This document shows positions 1-13,958 of a stretch of DNA of 64,000 nucleotides, piece after piece (the stretch's first letter is position 1; every line of letters begins with the position of its first letter). The notes beneath the pieces were generated by a model that ran no database searches, was not told the DNA's origin, and was given only the letters and a program-made list of their open reading frames with translations. Origin of the DNA: Eledone cirrhosa (taxonomy: Eukaryota); contig OZ024740.1 in NCBI GenBank assembly GCA_964016885.1, positions 425,816,001-425,880,000 of the forward strand. The letters run 5' to 3'. The position numbers and the translations under genes are program-made.

Positions 1-8
1 CATAATAG

Positions 9-55
9 TACCACTGATGATGTTGCAGATGTGCAACGAAAGTACTTTGATAGAG
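9..55 (+). ncRNA. Hammerhead ribozyme-like motif, type I, stem I eroded
   Basis: CUGAUGA(14-20), extra U, stem II GUUGCA-gaug-UGCAAC, GAAA, palindromic stem III AGUACU, triplet CUU; stem I pairs only partly. Confidence 0.55.
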
Positions 56-236
56 TATATATATATATTTATATCTGTATTTTTAACCGTTGGTCAGTCA
101 GTGATAAACATGGATAGTCGAATGAATTAACTATGGAGATATACAAGATACAGAAGCGAAAACCAACCAAACAGTGAGTGTGTTCTGTCATTATTTCTGG
201 CAATATTATTACAACAATATGACCCTCCCCAAGTAT

Positions 237-305
<69 letters not shown>

Positions 306-340
306 TATAATATATATATATATAATATATATATATATAT

Positions 341-530
341 AACGAAGGAAATGTGGTAAGGAACCAGGTGGACCATAACGCACCAAAGTACTCAATACTT
401 AGGGTAGTAGAATGGGTAATAGGAACGAGTAGGACCCCGACGGCTGAGCTCAAGCCGTTTCGACGGCTAATTTTAGTCCAGAATTAGCCATCGAAACGGC
501 TTGAGCTCAGACTTCGGGGTCCTACTCGTT

Positions 531-533
<3 letters not shown>
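341..533 (+). mobile_element. Dispersed non-autonomous element (family P) with ~55-bp-arm terminal palindrome, inserted in (TA)n
   Basis: Shares GTACTCAATACTTAGGGTAGTAGA(A/G)TGGGTAATA with 1190-1335(-), 43365-43495(-) and 48072-48252(+); 420-533 folds back on itself. Confidence 0.8.
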
Positions 534-616
<83 letters not shown>

Positions 617-1050
617 AATTTCATATTTCTAAAGAAACACGGTATGTTTACAGGTAAATATTTAGAAAGCCGTAGCTATGCAAAAAAAAAAACACCGGGG
701 TTAACGCCTTCTGGTGGTGTCCAGCAGAAGCGAGGGGTATAATCGTCGATGCATTTCAGACTTGCCTGGTTTTCCTCAGGACGATCCTTGCCACACTTGC
801 AACAGCTGGACTTGAAAACAATCGAGAATATATAGTTTGCTCGTCTGTGTAAATGAGGTGATTAATCTCATTTACATATGAAGCTGAATAAGTTCACTCA
901 ACTTATAATAGAATAGAATTAGGATTTAGCTTCAGGCATAGTTGTGTACAGTTATGTATAGAAATTTTGTATTTCTAAAGAAACATGGCATGTTTACAGG
1001 TAAACAATTAGAAAGCCATAGCTATGCCAAAAACACCGGGCTAACGCCCT
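617..1050 (-). mobile_element. ~345-bp-period element with ~90-bp terminal direct repeats and an internal hammerhead (retrozyme/Penelope pLTR-like)
   Basis: 617-709 is repeated at 962-1050 (TATTTCTAAAGAAACA..GTTTACAGGTAAA..AACACCGGG); flanked by (GA)n and (TA/CA)n. Confidence 0.65.
742..785 (-). ncRNA. Type I hammerhead ribozyme motif
   Basis: AUCGUC-CUGAGGA-AAAC caggcaa GUCU-GAAA-UGCA-UC-GACGAU: perfect 6-bp stem I, palindromic stem III AUGCAU, triplet AUC, one mismatch in stem II. Confidence 0.75.
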
Positions 1051-1082
1051 CTCTCTATGTATATAAACACATAATTATATAT

Positions 1083-1183
<101 letters not shown>

Positions 1184-1189
1184 TAAAGA

Positions 1190-1335
1190 GTCAGAACCCC
1201 TACTGCTGAGCTCCGGCCCTTTCGACCTTTCGACAGCTAGATCCGAATTTGACTCTTTTCATATTACCCACTCTACCACCCTAAGTATTGAGTACTCTGG
1301 TACGTTATGGTCCTCCTGGTTTCGTACCACACCCT
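1190..1335 (-). mobile_element. Family P copy, diverged
   Basis: TATTACCCACTCTACCACCCTAAGTATTGAGTACTCTGGTACGTTATGGTCC is the reverse complement of 370-420. Confidence 0.75.
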
Positions 1336-1340
1336 CTTTG

Positions 1341-1382
<42 letters not shown>

Positions 1383-1471
1383 CATATATATTTATAACCA
1401 CTCTATTAAACCAAATTGCACCGCATTGAACTGGAAGATACAATGTTTCAAGTGATATAAACATAACGAAC

Positions 1472-1610
1472 ATAATAATAATAATAATAATAATGGTAAG
1501 AAGAAGAAGAAGAACAACAACAACAACAACAACAACAACAAAAACAACAACAACAACAACAACAAACAACAACTACAACAACAACGACAACAAAAACACC
1601 AATAATAATT
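1472..1610. repeat. Compound (ATA)n(AAG)n(AAC)n microsatellite
   Basis: Direct reading. Confidence 0.95.
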
Positions 1611-1848
1611 TTTTATCTTTTTATAATAAGAATTTGGAGTATTTTTTAATTTCCTCTTATGTTTTTTTCCTCATTTTTTCTGCTAACAACAACAATAAAT
1701 TAATAATAAATATAATAAAACCTAGGAAAACTGAAACAAGACTCCCTGATTTACGATCTTTAATATTCCACAGACGAGTAAGTTTAAAACAGCAAAAATA
1801 TAATGTACTGGATATAGAACAAACTAAAGACATCAGTTGACTTGGTAT

Positions 1849-1849
<1 letters not shown>

Positions 1850-1905
<56 letters not shown>

Positions 1906-1938
1906 CTCTCTGTGTGTGTATGTATATATATATGTGTG

Positions 1939-2001
<63 letters not shown>

Positions 2002-2130
2002 TATATACATACATACATATGTTCATGTATATGTTTATGTATACATACATACACATACATACATATATATATATATACATACATATGTTCATGTCCATGT
2101 GTATGTATGTATGTATTATGTGTGTGCATG
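1850..2130. repeat. (TA)n/(TG)n/(CATA)n compound microsatellite, representative of more than 25 (TA)n tracts in the window
   Basis: Direct reading. Confidence 0.95.
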
Positions 2131-2749
2131 CCTCTGCACATGTCTGTGAAAATACGGTAGTATATATATATATGTCAGTGTTTGTGTGTGAGCATACGTA
2201 GACATTACCGTATATGAGTTTATGATCTTACCCGTATATGGAAGTGACTGCTAGATGTACGAATATGAGAGTCTGCATGAATGGATGATATCATATTTGT
2301 CAAATATTATTTCCGAAAAGAAACAACAAAATACCTATAAAACAATATGGCGCCGACTCAAAACTTCCCGACTCCATTAATGTATGAAGAAAATTTCGAT
2401 TTGTCCAAGTTATTCCAACAGCGGCCATACCACTTCACACCACTAACAACACACGACACCAACGCCACCCCCTTTACCCCATCCACACAACTATATGCTA
2501 TCGCTCAATAGATTATCGTCCCAGCTATAATAGTAATGCAATCTACCAAGTTATTGATGGTGAAATCTGCTATGCTCAGATATATCCGGTGTATTTAACC
2601 AGAAAATTACTCGGATACCAATTACTGATGAGTACGTCGTTAGCTGAATAAGATATTTAGCTTTACATTTCATTAAACACACCATATTTCTTTGGTCAGT
2701 TTTCTGATGGTAACTGCGGAACATAACACAGAAGCTATTATTGTTATTA

Positions 2750-2885
2750 AGGCGGTGGATTGGTTGAAAATATCGAGAGTCGGACATACGCCACATGTTA
2801 TCTGTTCAAATCCCACCGATGTCATAATTCCTTTTTATCCTCCTTTGGTTGATAAAATTAAGTACTGGTCAAGTAATGGGGTCGG
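2750..2885 (+). mobile_element. SINE family A, degenerate copy
   Basis: AAGGCGGTGGATTGG..GTTCAAATCCCACC..GATAAAATTAAGTACTGG matches 7880-8102. Confidence 0.7.
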
Positions 2886-2944
2886 CCAGAAAATTTGGGG
2901 AAAGGCAAAGTTAATTAAACCAATCCCATTATTTTGCGGATGAT

Positions 2945-3085
2945 GGCGCATGGCTTAGTGGTTAGAGCATTGGGCTTGCAATAGAAAGGTTGTGAGTTCA
3001 ATTCTCGGACCGGGTGATGTGTTGTTTCCTTGAGCAAGACACTTTATTTCACATTGCTCCAGTTTACTCAGCTGTAGAAATGAGA
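2945..3085 (+). mobile_element. tRNA-derived CORE-type SINE (family B)
   Basis: A box TGGCTTAGTGG, B box GTTCAATTC, CORE-like TCCTTGAGCAAGACACTT; second copy at 47645-47856(-). Confidence 0.8.
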
Positions 3086-3199
3086 TGATAGGGACTGGGG
3101 TCACTATCATTAAATCACCCAAGACACCTCCAACGAGATACAAACTTGGAGGAGGCCAGCTAAACCTACATAGGTGTGAGCTGTAACAACAACAACAAC

Positions 3200-3400
3200 C
3201 GGTACAGCGTGGGAAAACATGCTTCGCGGCATAGTGTTACGGCCCTTTACATTCTGAGTTCAAATCCTGCCGATGTTAACATTGGCTTTCATCCTTACGG
3301 GGTCGATAAAATAAAATACCAGTAATGCACTGGGGTTGATTTAATCGACTTTCCCCTCCCCCAAATTGTTTGCCTTGTGCCTATAGTAGAAATAATTATT
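3200..3400 (+). mobile_element. SINE family A
   Basis: B box GAGTTCAAATCC followed by CTTTCATCCTTACGGGGTCGATAAAATAAAATACCAGT. Confidence 0.85.
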
Positions 3401-4525
3401 TAACTGTTACATTATTACAAAGAGAAAAGGCAAAATTGATGTCGATTTGAAATCCGAATCTAAATTGCGAGAACAAATAAAGCAAAGCTATATTATCCGT
3501 CGCTCTACCATTTATGCTAATCCGCCACTCTTAAACCTACGGCCTATATTAAAAGCCCTTATCTTTATAGTTATTTAAAAAAATAAAATCTTCTAGGTTG
3601 TATGACATGAATTCCTGCTGATCCGTTCGTTTGAAGAAAATTGTTGCTATTTGGCTTTTCTCATTTTTGTAGTATTTTTGTTCTGGGATCTGTTTAAAGA
3701 ATAATCAATTATTTTGTTTGGTTTTGTCTTTTGAAGTCATTATGTTAAAATTACTAGTTAAATATATATATTTGTTGATGAATTATTTAAAAAAATATTA
3801 AATATCAAAATAGTTTCATAATATATCCAGAGAGATGCAAAGACGGAGGAAAATTAATGGAAGATATATTTCACTCTACTCCATACGCATTGTTTTTGTT
3901 ATTTTTTCGTCTCATCCAGATAACAAGAGAATTGCAATAATGAATAAACCAGTTTGTGATGCTTCATAATGTTGTCACTTTATTAATTTCTTGTTGAAAT
4001 ATTTTGATTAAGGGGAAGATTTTGATGAACTTCCTTAGATTCAACTTTAGGCTTCTGTCATTTGGTCAAATTTTGAATCGTTTCCTGATCTACTTTAACC
4101 CAACGAAGCTTCTTACTATCAACTTAATCAGATATTTAGGAGTTTGAATTAGAATGTTATTCTAGGAATCTACATTTAGTTTCTACCCACTTTTCTTCCT
4201 CAGTTATTTGCTGTTTTCGATTTATTTCGTATTTGTTATTTTCCGTAAAGCTGAGAAAAAGAATTTGTATGTTTGTGTTTCCTGGCTATTTCTACTACTT
4301 CACATTTATTGTCTACCGCTTGTTTTTGATGATGACCACATCACACGCTCGGTTTAATCTCAACACATGGCCTACGCGTTTTTCTTTAGAGGAGGCTGCT
4401 TTTGAGCAAGTCAATGAACCATGATCTCAGCCGGGATATCGTATCATAGCGCAAAACAATCTCCACGCTTTCCTCTACAATGATCAACTGCAATACGATA
4501 TATACCTCATCGACAGACAATCTAT

Positions 4526-4574
<49 letters not shown>

Positions 4575-4575
4575 A

Positions 4576-4616
<41 letters not shown>

Positions 4617-4949
4617 CTCTGGGCATCAACTAGTTTCATTCTTTACACCCATCCCTAGCCGACACTCCATCATTCCAAATACATTTGTTAGCTTTTGTAT
4701 CCACAAATCCAAAAACTTTACCAGAACAGACACCTTTCAGCACCCATCTGATCTTCCATTCATTGTCTTTCTGCCATTACATATCACATCTCGGCATACT
4801 ATCTAAGGCCACCCAGATCCTAGACCCAGCTGCCTGGCTGGAGTTGTGTCAAATCTGAACTATTCCTAAAGTTGTTCACTCATTGCTGTGCTGCGGCAGT
4901 TCATGTGAAGAAAAAAATTCGTTCTCGAGAAATTTGGTGAAGTTGTGTT

Positions 4950-5270
4950 GCGACATCAGAAAGGCATTTGACCGTCTTTGACACATGAATGTTTTCCATA
5001 ATCTAACCTTCTGTTGATTTCATCCGTCTCTAGTCTCTTGGCTCGGTGGCTTTCTGTCAGATCAATCCATCTCAACGGTTGTCGGTTGACCTCTCACCCA
5101 CTTACATTCGATCAGGTTTCAAATCTTTCCCCACACGCCCTTTCCTATCAATCATCTACTTGTATCCATCAGCAACGGTTCCTCATCCACAAATGATACT
5201 TCTATTCACTCCTCTCTAAATTAACGCACCAAAGCGTCATCCTCGTGCAAGCGAAACACCCCAACACCAT
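4950..5270 (-). mobile_element. Possible very old LINE (RTE-like) 3' remnant
   Basis: Minus strand shows a broken RG.P..RWID-like motif near 5060-5100; heavily decayed. Confidence 0.3.
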
Positions 5271-5635
5271 TGCTTAACTGATTATATTAATAAGGATCAC
5301 GAAAACATTCCCAATGGAGCCATATCCCTCTTGTATCTTTGAACAGCAAAATTACGCAATCACTGTATATAACAGGAAAACATTATCGGAAATCACTCCC
5401 GAAATTCGATTAGCGCGCAACTGCTTCACATGTTAGAGGAACGGAACTGTCTAGGCGAATGCCCATCACCAAGATATCAAAGGCTGCTTCACAAGGATCC
5501 CTCCAAGCAGTTAGTAATCTATATTTAGTCAGTCTGTTTACAGATTACAACTTGCCAATTAATAAAATGTGCTTAATCCGACCTGACCTAAGGTCAAAAT
5601 GAAAGCAAGAGAGTATAGATATATATTTGTAAATG

Positions 5636-7781
5636 TTCTGTCTCTATCATGTTATATATCTCCTATAACAGATGTGTACTCCTGCCTCCATCATGTTATA
5701 TATCTCCTATAACAGATGTGTACTCCTGCCTCCATCATGTTATGTATCACCTATAACAGATGTGTACTCCTGCCTCCATCATGTTATGTATCACCTATAA
5801 CAGATGTGTACTCCTGCCTCTATCATGTTATATATCTCCTATAACAGATGTGTACTCCTGCCTCCATCATGTTATGTATCACCTATAACAGATGTGTACT
5901 CCTGCCTCTATCATGTTATATATCTCCTATAACAGATGTGTACTCCTGCCTCCATCATGTTATATATCTCCTATAACAGATGTGTACTCCTGCCTCCATC
6001 ATGTTATGTATCACCTATAACAGATGTGTACTCCTGCCTCTATCATGTTATATATCTCCTATAACAGATGTGTACTCCTGCCTCCATCATGTTATATATC
6101 TCCTATAACAGATGTGTACTCCTGCCTCCATCATGTTATGTATCACCTATAACAGATGTGTACTCCTGCCTCTATCATGTTATATATCTCCTATAACAGA
6201 TGTGTACTCCTGCCTCTATCATGTTATATATCTCCTATAACAGATGTGTACTCCTGCCTCTATCATGTTATATATCTCCTATAACAGATGTGTACTCCTG
6301 CCTCCATCATGTTATATATCTCCTATAACAGATGTGTACTCCTGCCTCCATCATGTTATGTATCACCTATAACAGATGTGTACTCCTGCCTCTATCATGT
6401 TATATATCTCCTATAACAGATGTGTACTCCTGCCTCCATCATGTTATATATCTCCTATAACAGATGTGTACTCCTGCCTCCATCATGTTATGTATCACCT
6501 ATAACAGATGTGTACTCCTGCCTCCATCATGTTATGTATCACCTATAACAGATGTGTACTCCTGCCTCCATCATGTTATATATCTCCTATAACAGATGTG
6601 TACTTCTGTCTCTATCATGTTATATATCTCCTATAACAGATGTGTACTCCTGCCTCCATCATGTTATATATCTCCTATAACAGATGTGTACTCCTGCCTC
6701 CATCATGTTATATATCTCCTATAACAGACGTGTACTCTTGCCTCTATCATGTTATATATCTCCTATAACAGATGTGTACTTCTGTCTCTATCATGTTATA
6801 TATCTCCTATAACAGATGTGTTCTTCTGTCTCTATCATGTTATATATCTCCTATAACAGACGTGTACTCCTGCCTCTATCATGTTATATATCTCCTATAA
6901 CAGATGTGTACTCTTGCCTCCATCATGTTATATATCTCCTATAACAGATGTGTACTCCTGCCTCCATCATGTTATATATCTTCTATAACAGATGTGTACT
7001 CCTGCCTCCATCATGTTATATATCTCCTATAACAGACGTGTACTCCTGCCTCTATCATGTTATATATCTCCTATAACAGATGTGTACTCCTGCCTCCATC
7101 ATGTTATATATCTCCTATAACAGATGTGTACTCCTGCCTCCATCATGTTATATATCTTCTATAACAGATGTGTACTCCTGCCTCCATCATGTTATATATC
7201 TCCTATAACAGACGTGTACTCCTGCCTCTATCATGTTATATATCTCCTATAACAGATGTGTACTCCTGCCTCCATCATGTTATATATCTCCTATAACAGA
7301 TGTGTACTTCTGCTATTATCGTCTTATATATCTCCTATAACAGATGTGTACTCCTGCCTCCATCATGTTATATATCTCCTATAACAGATGTGTACTTCTG
7401 CTATTATCGTCTTATATATCTCCTATAACAGATGTGTACTCCTGCCTCCATCATGTTATATATCTCCTATAACAGATGTGTACTCCTGCCTCCATCATGT
7501 TATATATCTCCTATAACAGATGTGTACTCCTGCCTCCATCATGTTATATATCTCCTATAACAGACGTGTACTCCTGCCTCTATCATGTTATATATCTCCT
7601 ATAACAGATGTGTACTCCTGCCTCCATCATGTTATATATCTCCTATAACAGACGTGTACTCCTGTCTCTATCATGTTATATATCTCCTATAACAGATGTG
7701 TACTCCTGCCTCCATCATGTTATATATCTCCTATAACAGATGTGTACTTCTGCTATTATCGTCTTATATATCTCCTATAAC
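5636..7781. repeat. 44-bp minisatellite, about 49 copies
   Basis: Unit TCATGTTATATATCTCCTATAACAGATGTGTACTCCTGCCTCCA; TCATGTTATA at 5647 and 5691. Confidence 0.97.
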
Positions 7782-7879
7782 ATGTTCCAATATATTATCG
7801 TGTTTGGGATAAGAATACATTGAATCATTAGCTTTTGAAACTGTAATTGCTGTCATTATTAACAAAAATAAAAAATAAA

Positions 7880-8102
7880 AGGGCGGTGGATTGACAGTGT
7901 CGGTAGCGGGTCGGACGCCATGCTTTGCAGCATAGAGCTACGGCCCTTTATGATCTGAGTTCAAATCCCGCCGAGGTTAACTTTGCCTTTCATCCTTACG
8001 GCGTCGATAAAATAAAGTACCAGTCACGCACTGGGGTCGATTTAATCGACTTCTCCCTCCGCCAAAATTGCTGGCCTTGTGCCTATATAAGAAACCATTA
8101 TT
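7880..8102 (+). mobile_element. SINE family A, full length
   Basis: Pol III-type head with B box GAGTTCAAATCC, internal hairpin GGGGTCGATTTAATCGACT, ATT tail. Confidence 0.9.
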
Positions 8103-8454
8103 AACAAAAATAAAGACATCTTTATTTTAATTACTTTTTATCCATTCTAGAAAATTATTTTAATTTCCTATCAAATATAAAACAACTGTTACTTATTGAT
8201 GAAACTGGAAGTTCGTTGTATCTTATTCCTGATATTTAATTTCTACATGTGAGTTTTATATTCTATCAAATTTATTGATATCTAATTATTTGTAAGAATT
8301 CCTACTGCTGGTCTAATTTTCTTAATTCTATTTCCCTTCTCATGAAAATATTATTTCTATCAGCAACGCCTCTCACTCCTACGTTAATTACAGATATGTT
8401 CATGTAACTAATTAATTGCTGTGATATTTGCTACAGAATTATATTTTATATATG

Positions 8455-8790
8455 AAGGGTCCTTGGAGTAAGGTTACTCTATAGAGTGCGTAGCTCGGAG
8501 ATTAGAGAGTCACTCGAGGTAGAGCCGCTACTTTTCTAAATTGAGAGATGACAGCTTTGACATTACAGACATGTGGTAAGAAAGTCTCAGAAAATAATTG
8601 CAGGACAAATTTTATGACAGGAGACCCAGGGGTCGACCCCGAGCAAGATGGTTGGATAACATCCTCGCTTGGGGGATCCGGCTAGATCAATTGGAGGCGG
8701 TTGCTTCTGTTAGGACCGGCTGGAAGGAGTGTTTGAGGACTCTACCCTCACAGCCCCCAAAGGAATAAATGGGCGAAGAGAAGAAGAATA
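8455..8790 (+). mobile_element. RTE-clade LINE 3' fragment
   Basis: Decayed ..EPLL..IER..L..YRHVVR..RRPRGRPRARWLDNI; GAA-type tail; homologous to 62275-62662. Confidence 0.75.
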
Positions 8791-9797
8791 TGTAACAGAA
8801 CACTCACTCAGACGAAAATTACTTTCCCCAATAAACAAACCTTCACAACTCAAATATAACAGTAGTCACTTTTACCTTTTTTTTTATTATTTCAAGCCAA
8901 GTGAGCCTCTATCTGGTGACCTAACCTGATATAGTAACCATCTTTGTATTAAATCAAACAGACACTCGAATCCATTAACATATTCACACATTTATCTCTA
9001 GAAGCCCACCACGTACATTTATGTGCTCTTGCTATTAGGTTTGTTGTTTAGCACTAATTTAATAGTCATGTATCAACAAGTTGATGAAGAGTGCCGGAAA
9101 TACGAAAATCATTGTTTCCGACTTTGCTTGCGTTTTTATCGAGTTTTCTGTCGATAATCTCCAGTTTCCACCAGATCCTTGATTGTTTTGTCAATAACTG
9201 AAATATTGATGTATAGATTTAATCTATGCAAGGATTCCTAAGGTGCGAAAGGTGAGTTCAAGTCTGGGTTAAGAACTGGTCAATTAAAAATGCTGTAATA
9301 ATAGGCCACAGAATATTATTATTATTCCTGTTTATAAAAGCGGTGGAATGGCAGATTATATATTTTTGCATCATCTAATTATACGCTGTTTATCCACGAC
9401 AATACAAATCTCTTTCCCTATGTTTTATACTATAAAAATTATTTTCTCCCCGTCTTTCTATCCTTAATCAATTTTCTTTTGCTTTCGTGCATAAGATAAT
9501 TCTATACTTCTAGTCACTCTCTTTTTCCTCATCTGTTTCGCTCTCTGTCTTTCACTTCTTCTTTCTTCAATAATTTAAATTATTTAAATTTCTAACAGTT
9601 ATGTAAGTTTATATTATATTAGTAGTTGTTTATTATTATGTATCTTTATAAGCTTTCTCACACGCACCCTCTGTATTATATGTAATTTTTTATGTCGCAA
9701 TCTTAAGGTATATAAATATTGAGTTTTGTCATATTTTATTCACTGCCATGACTGAATTTTAACCATCTACTTAATCAGAGTATGTCATGCATCATCT

Positions 9798-9864
9798 TAT
9801 TTTATCTGATGAGGACGTACTGTTGAAGATAGCTCAGTACCTCTGAAATATGTATAATAAAATA
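9798..9864 (+). ncRNA. Type I hammerhead ribozyme motif
   Basis: UAUUUUAU-CUGAUGA-GGAcGUACUG..CAGUACcUCU-GAAA-UAUGUA-UA-AUAAAAUA; 8-bp stem I, long stem II, triplet AUA. Confidence 0.75.
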
Positions 9865-9905
9865 TACTTGATCACACGAATGTCTATTTTTGTTAATATT
9901 TTGAA

Positions 9906-10000
<95 letters not shown>

Positions 10001-10124
10001 AGGAGGTGAGTTTTATTGTAGTACAATAAAGCAATGCAAATATCGGATAAGTAGCACTCTACAGTTTGTAGGACTGGAGTATAAATAATATATAAGATCA
10101 AAAGATGGTTAAAAGAGTTCCTAG

Positions 10125-10194
10125 TATTTTATTATGCGCATTTCAAAATAAATATCATCATGAGATGATATCTGCGTTTTCATCAGATAAAATA
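10125..10194 (-). ncRNA. Type I hammerhead ribozyme motif
   Basis: UAUUUUAU-CUGAUGA-AAA..GAUAUCAUC ucau GAUGAUAUU..UUU-GAAA-UGCGCA-UA-AUAAAAUA; palindromic stem III AUGCGCAU. Confidence 0.8.
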
Positions 10195-10201
10195 GGGATA
10201 T

Positions 10202-10305
10202 ATGATATGAAGGTTAAAAAAACACTTGTGAATAATGAAGTTTTAAATCAACATATTTGATTTAAAACTTCATTATTCACAAGTGTTTTTTAACCTTAAT
10301 ATCAT
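10202..10305. repeat. Near-perfect palindrome with ~48-bp arms and a 5-nt loop
   Basis: AAGGTTAAAAAAACACTTGTGAATAATGAAGTTTTAAATCAA-catat-TTGATTTAAAACTTCATTATTCACAAGTG..AACCTT. Confidence 0.9.
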
Positions 10306-10321
10306 GTACACATTTCCATGA

Positions 10322-10729
10322 ATCTCTCTCTCGTTTACGATTTCACAGAACTTATGTTCACCGAATTCACAGACTAGATTCCTTCTTCCTCCCGTTAGAC
10401 CTGTACGGAATTCCTTCCTTGCTCACATTCCAACCAGGTTTGATGGTCTTTATTCTCTCTCGTTCACGATTTCACCGAACTTATATTCATGGAAATTTGG
10501 GACTTGACGCGTTCTTCCTCACTTTTCGTTGCTTCACCATCTTTGTTTGTTTGCACTCTCGCTGTCCCCTTTATTTACTTGTCCCAACGACTTTTTTTAG
10601 CCGTTGCTCGCACCAACCGGAGGTATATAGTGTTTAAAGCGAAGTTATACCTGTGATGGTTGGAAGATCACTGATGAAAGACCACTTTATTCATATGTAA
10701 CCCATTTGCAACAACGCAGCACGTTTATT

Positions 10730-10732
<3 letters not shown>
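10322..10732 (+). mobile_element. Circularly permuted partial copy of the 634-bp element at 13953-14630
   Basis: 10322-10690 matches 14264-14630 and continues into sequence matching 13996-14038. Confidence 0.85.
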
Positions 10733-10791
<59 letters not shown>

Positions 10792-11026
10792 CATACTATT
10801 GTACGTCTGTATACATATATGTATGTACGTGTACATACTTATATTTAAGTAACAGCCGCACTAAGAGTGGGAAATGAAATTTCGTTTCATTCTTTTCCGT
10901 TTATATATATATATGTGTGTATATATATATATTTAGTGATGTATCTATTTAGAAACAGTACTAACAACAACGAATCAAAATCTCAATAGCAGTCCGAAGA
11001 CTGATAAATAAACAGATAGATAAATA

Positions 11027-11112
<86 letters not shown>

Positions 11113-11505
11113 TATTTATCTATCTATTTATTTATCAGTCTTCGGACTGCTATTGACATTTTGATTCGTTGTTGTTAGTACTGTTTCTAAATAGATACAT
11201 CACTAAATATATATATATACACACATATATATATATAAACGGAAAAGAATGAAACGAAATTTCATTTCCCACTCTTAGTGCAGCTGTTACTTAAATATAA
11301 GTATGTACACGTACATACATATATGTATACAGACGTACAGTAGTATGTATATATATATACATACATGCACACATATATATATATGTACGTATGGATTCAC
11401 CGAACATTTATTATAATGCTCGGTGTGTTTGTAAACAAACATCTCGTATTAAGCCGTAGTGTCCAGCAACCATCGTTGCTCGTTTGTTCAACACTGACAA
11501 AGGAA

Positions 11506-11546
11506 CGCTGTACTAGTTTCAAGCTTATTAGCTATCGTCAACAACG
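11506..11546 (-). ncRNA. Hammerhead motif with C3->U core substitution
   Basis: CGUUG-UUGACGA-UAGCU aaua AGCUU-GAAA-CUAG-UA-CAGCG. Confidence 0.6.
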
Positions 11547-12013
11547 TATACCTTCCTGCCAGATTGTTGAACGTATATACTTACCTTATGGATATTAACA
11601 GTTGAGTAGCCCAATTTGCATATCGAGTGGGTTAATCGGCCGGGTGCACCGAAAACGATAAACGGAGAAAAATGAAACGAAATTTCATTTCCCACTATTA
11701 GTACGGCTGTTACTTAAATATAAGTATGTACACGTACATACATATATGCATACAGACGTACAGTAGTATGTATATATATATATATTCATACATGCACACA
11801 TATATATATGTACGTATGGATTAATCGAACATTTATTATAATGCTCGATGTGTTTGTAAACAAACATCCCGTATTAAGCCGTAGTGTCCAGCAACCATTT
11901 ATCGTTTTCGGTGCACCCGGCCGATTAACCCACTCGATATGCAAATTGGGCTACTCAGCCGTTGATATGCATAAGGTAAGTATATACGTTCAACAATCTG
12001 GCAGGAAGGTATA

Positions 12014-12054
12014 CGTTGCTGACGATAGCTAATAAGCTTGAAACTAGTTCAGCG
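12014..12054 (+). ncRNA. Minimal type I hammerhead ribozyme motif
   Basis: CGUUG-CUGACGA-UAGCU aaua AGCUU-GAAA-CUAG-UU-CAGCG; 5-bp stem I, palindromic ACUAGU, triplet GUU. Confidence 0.7.
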
Positions 12055-12288
12055 GTCCTTTGTCAGTGTTGAACAAACGAGCAACGATGGTTGCTGGACA
12101 CTACGGCTTAATACGGGATGTTTGTTTACAAACACACCGAGTATTATAATAAATGTTCGGTGAATCCATACGTACATATATATATGTGTGCATGTATGTA
12201 TACATATATACATACTACTGTACGTCTGTATACATATATGTATGTACGTGTACATACTTATATATATACACACACATATATATATGTA

Positions 12289-12367
<79 letters not shown>

Positions 12368-12461
12368 GCATACATATATATTTAGTGATGTATCTATTTA
12401 GAAACAGTACTAACAGCCAAGAATCAAAAATCTCAATAGCAGTCCGAAGATATATATATAA

Positions 12462-13885
<1,424 letters not shown>

Positions 13886-13893
13886 GCAGATGC

Positions 13894-13952
<59 letters not shown>

Positions 13953-13958
<6 letters not shown>

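Larger units (their letters stand above)
10776..12450. mobile_element. Nested fold-back element: inverted and direct duplications carrying two hammerhead copies
   Basis: 10776-11030 is inverted to 11109-11363 around (TA)n; 11365-11660 is inverted to 11900-12200; 11660-11896 directly repeats 11237-11471; 12375-12450 repeats 10926-11000. Confidence 0.85.

Noticed and set aside
2945-3015. tRNA gene
   Set aside because: The A/B boxes belong to a SINE head that continues into a CORE-like body; no complete cloverleaf.
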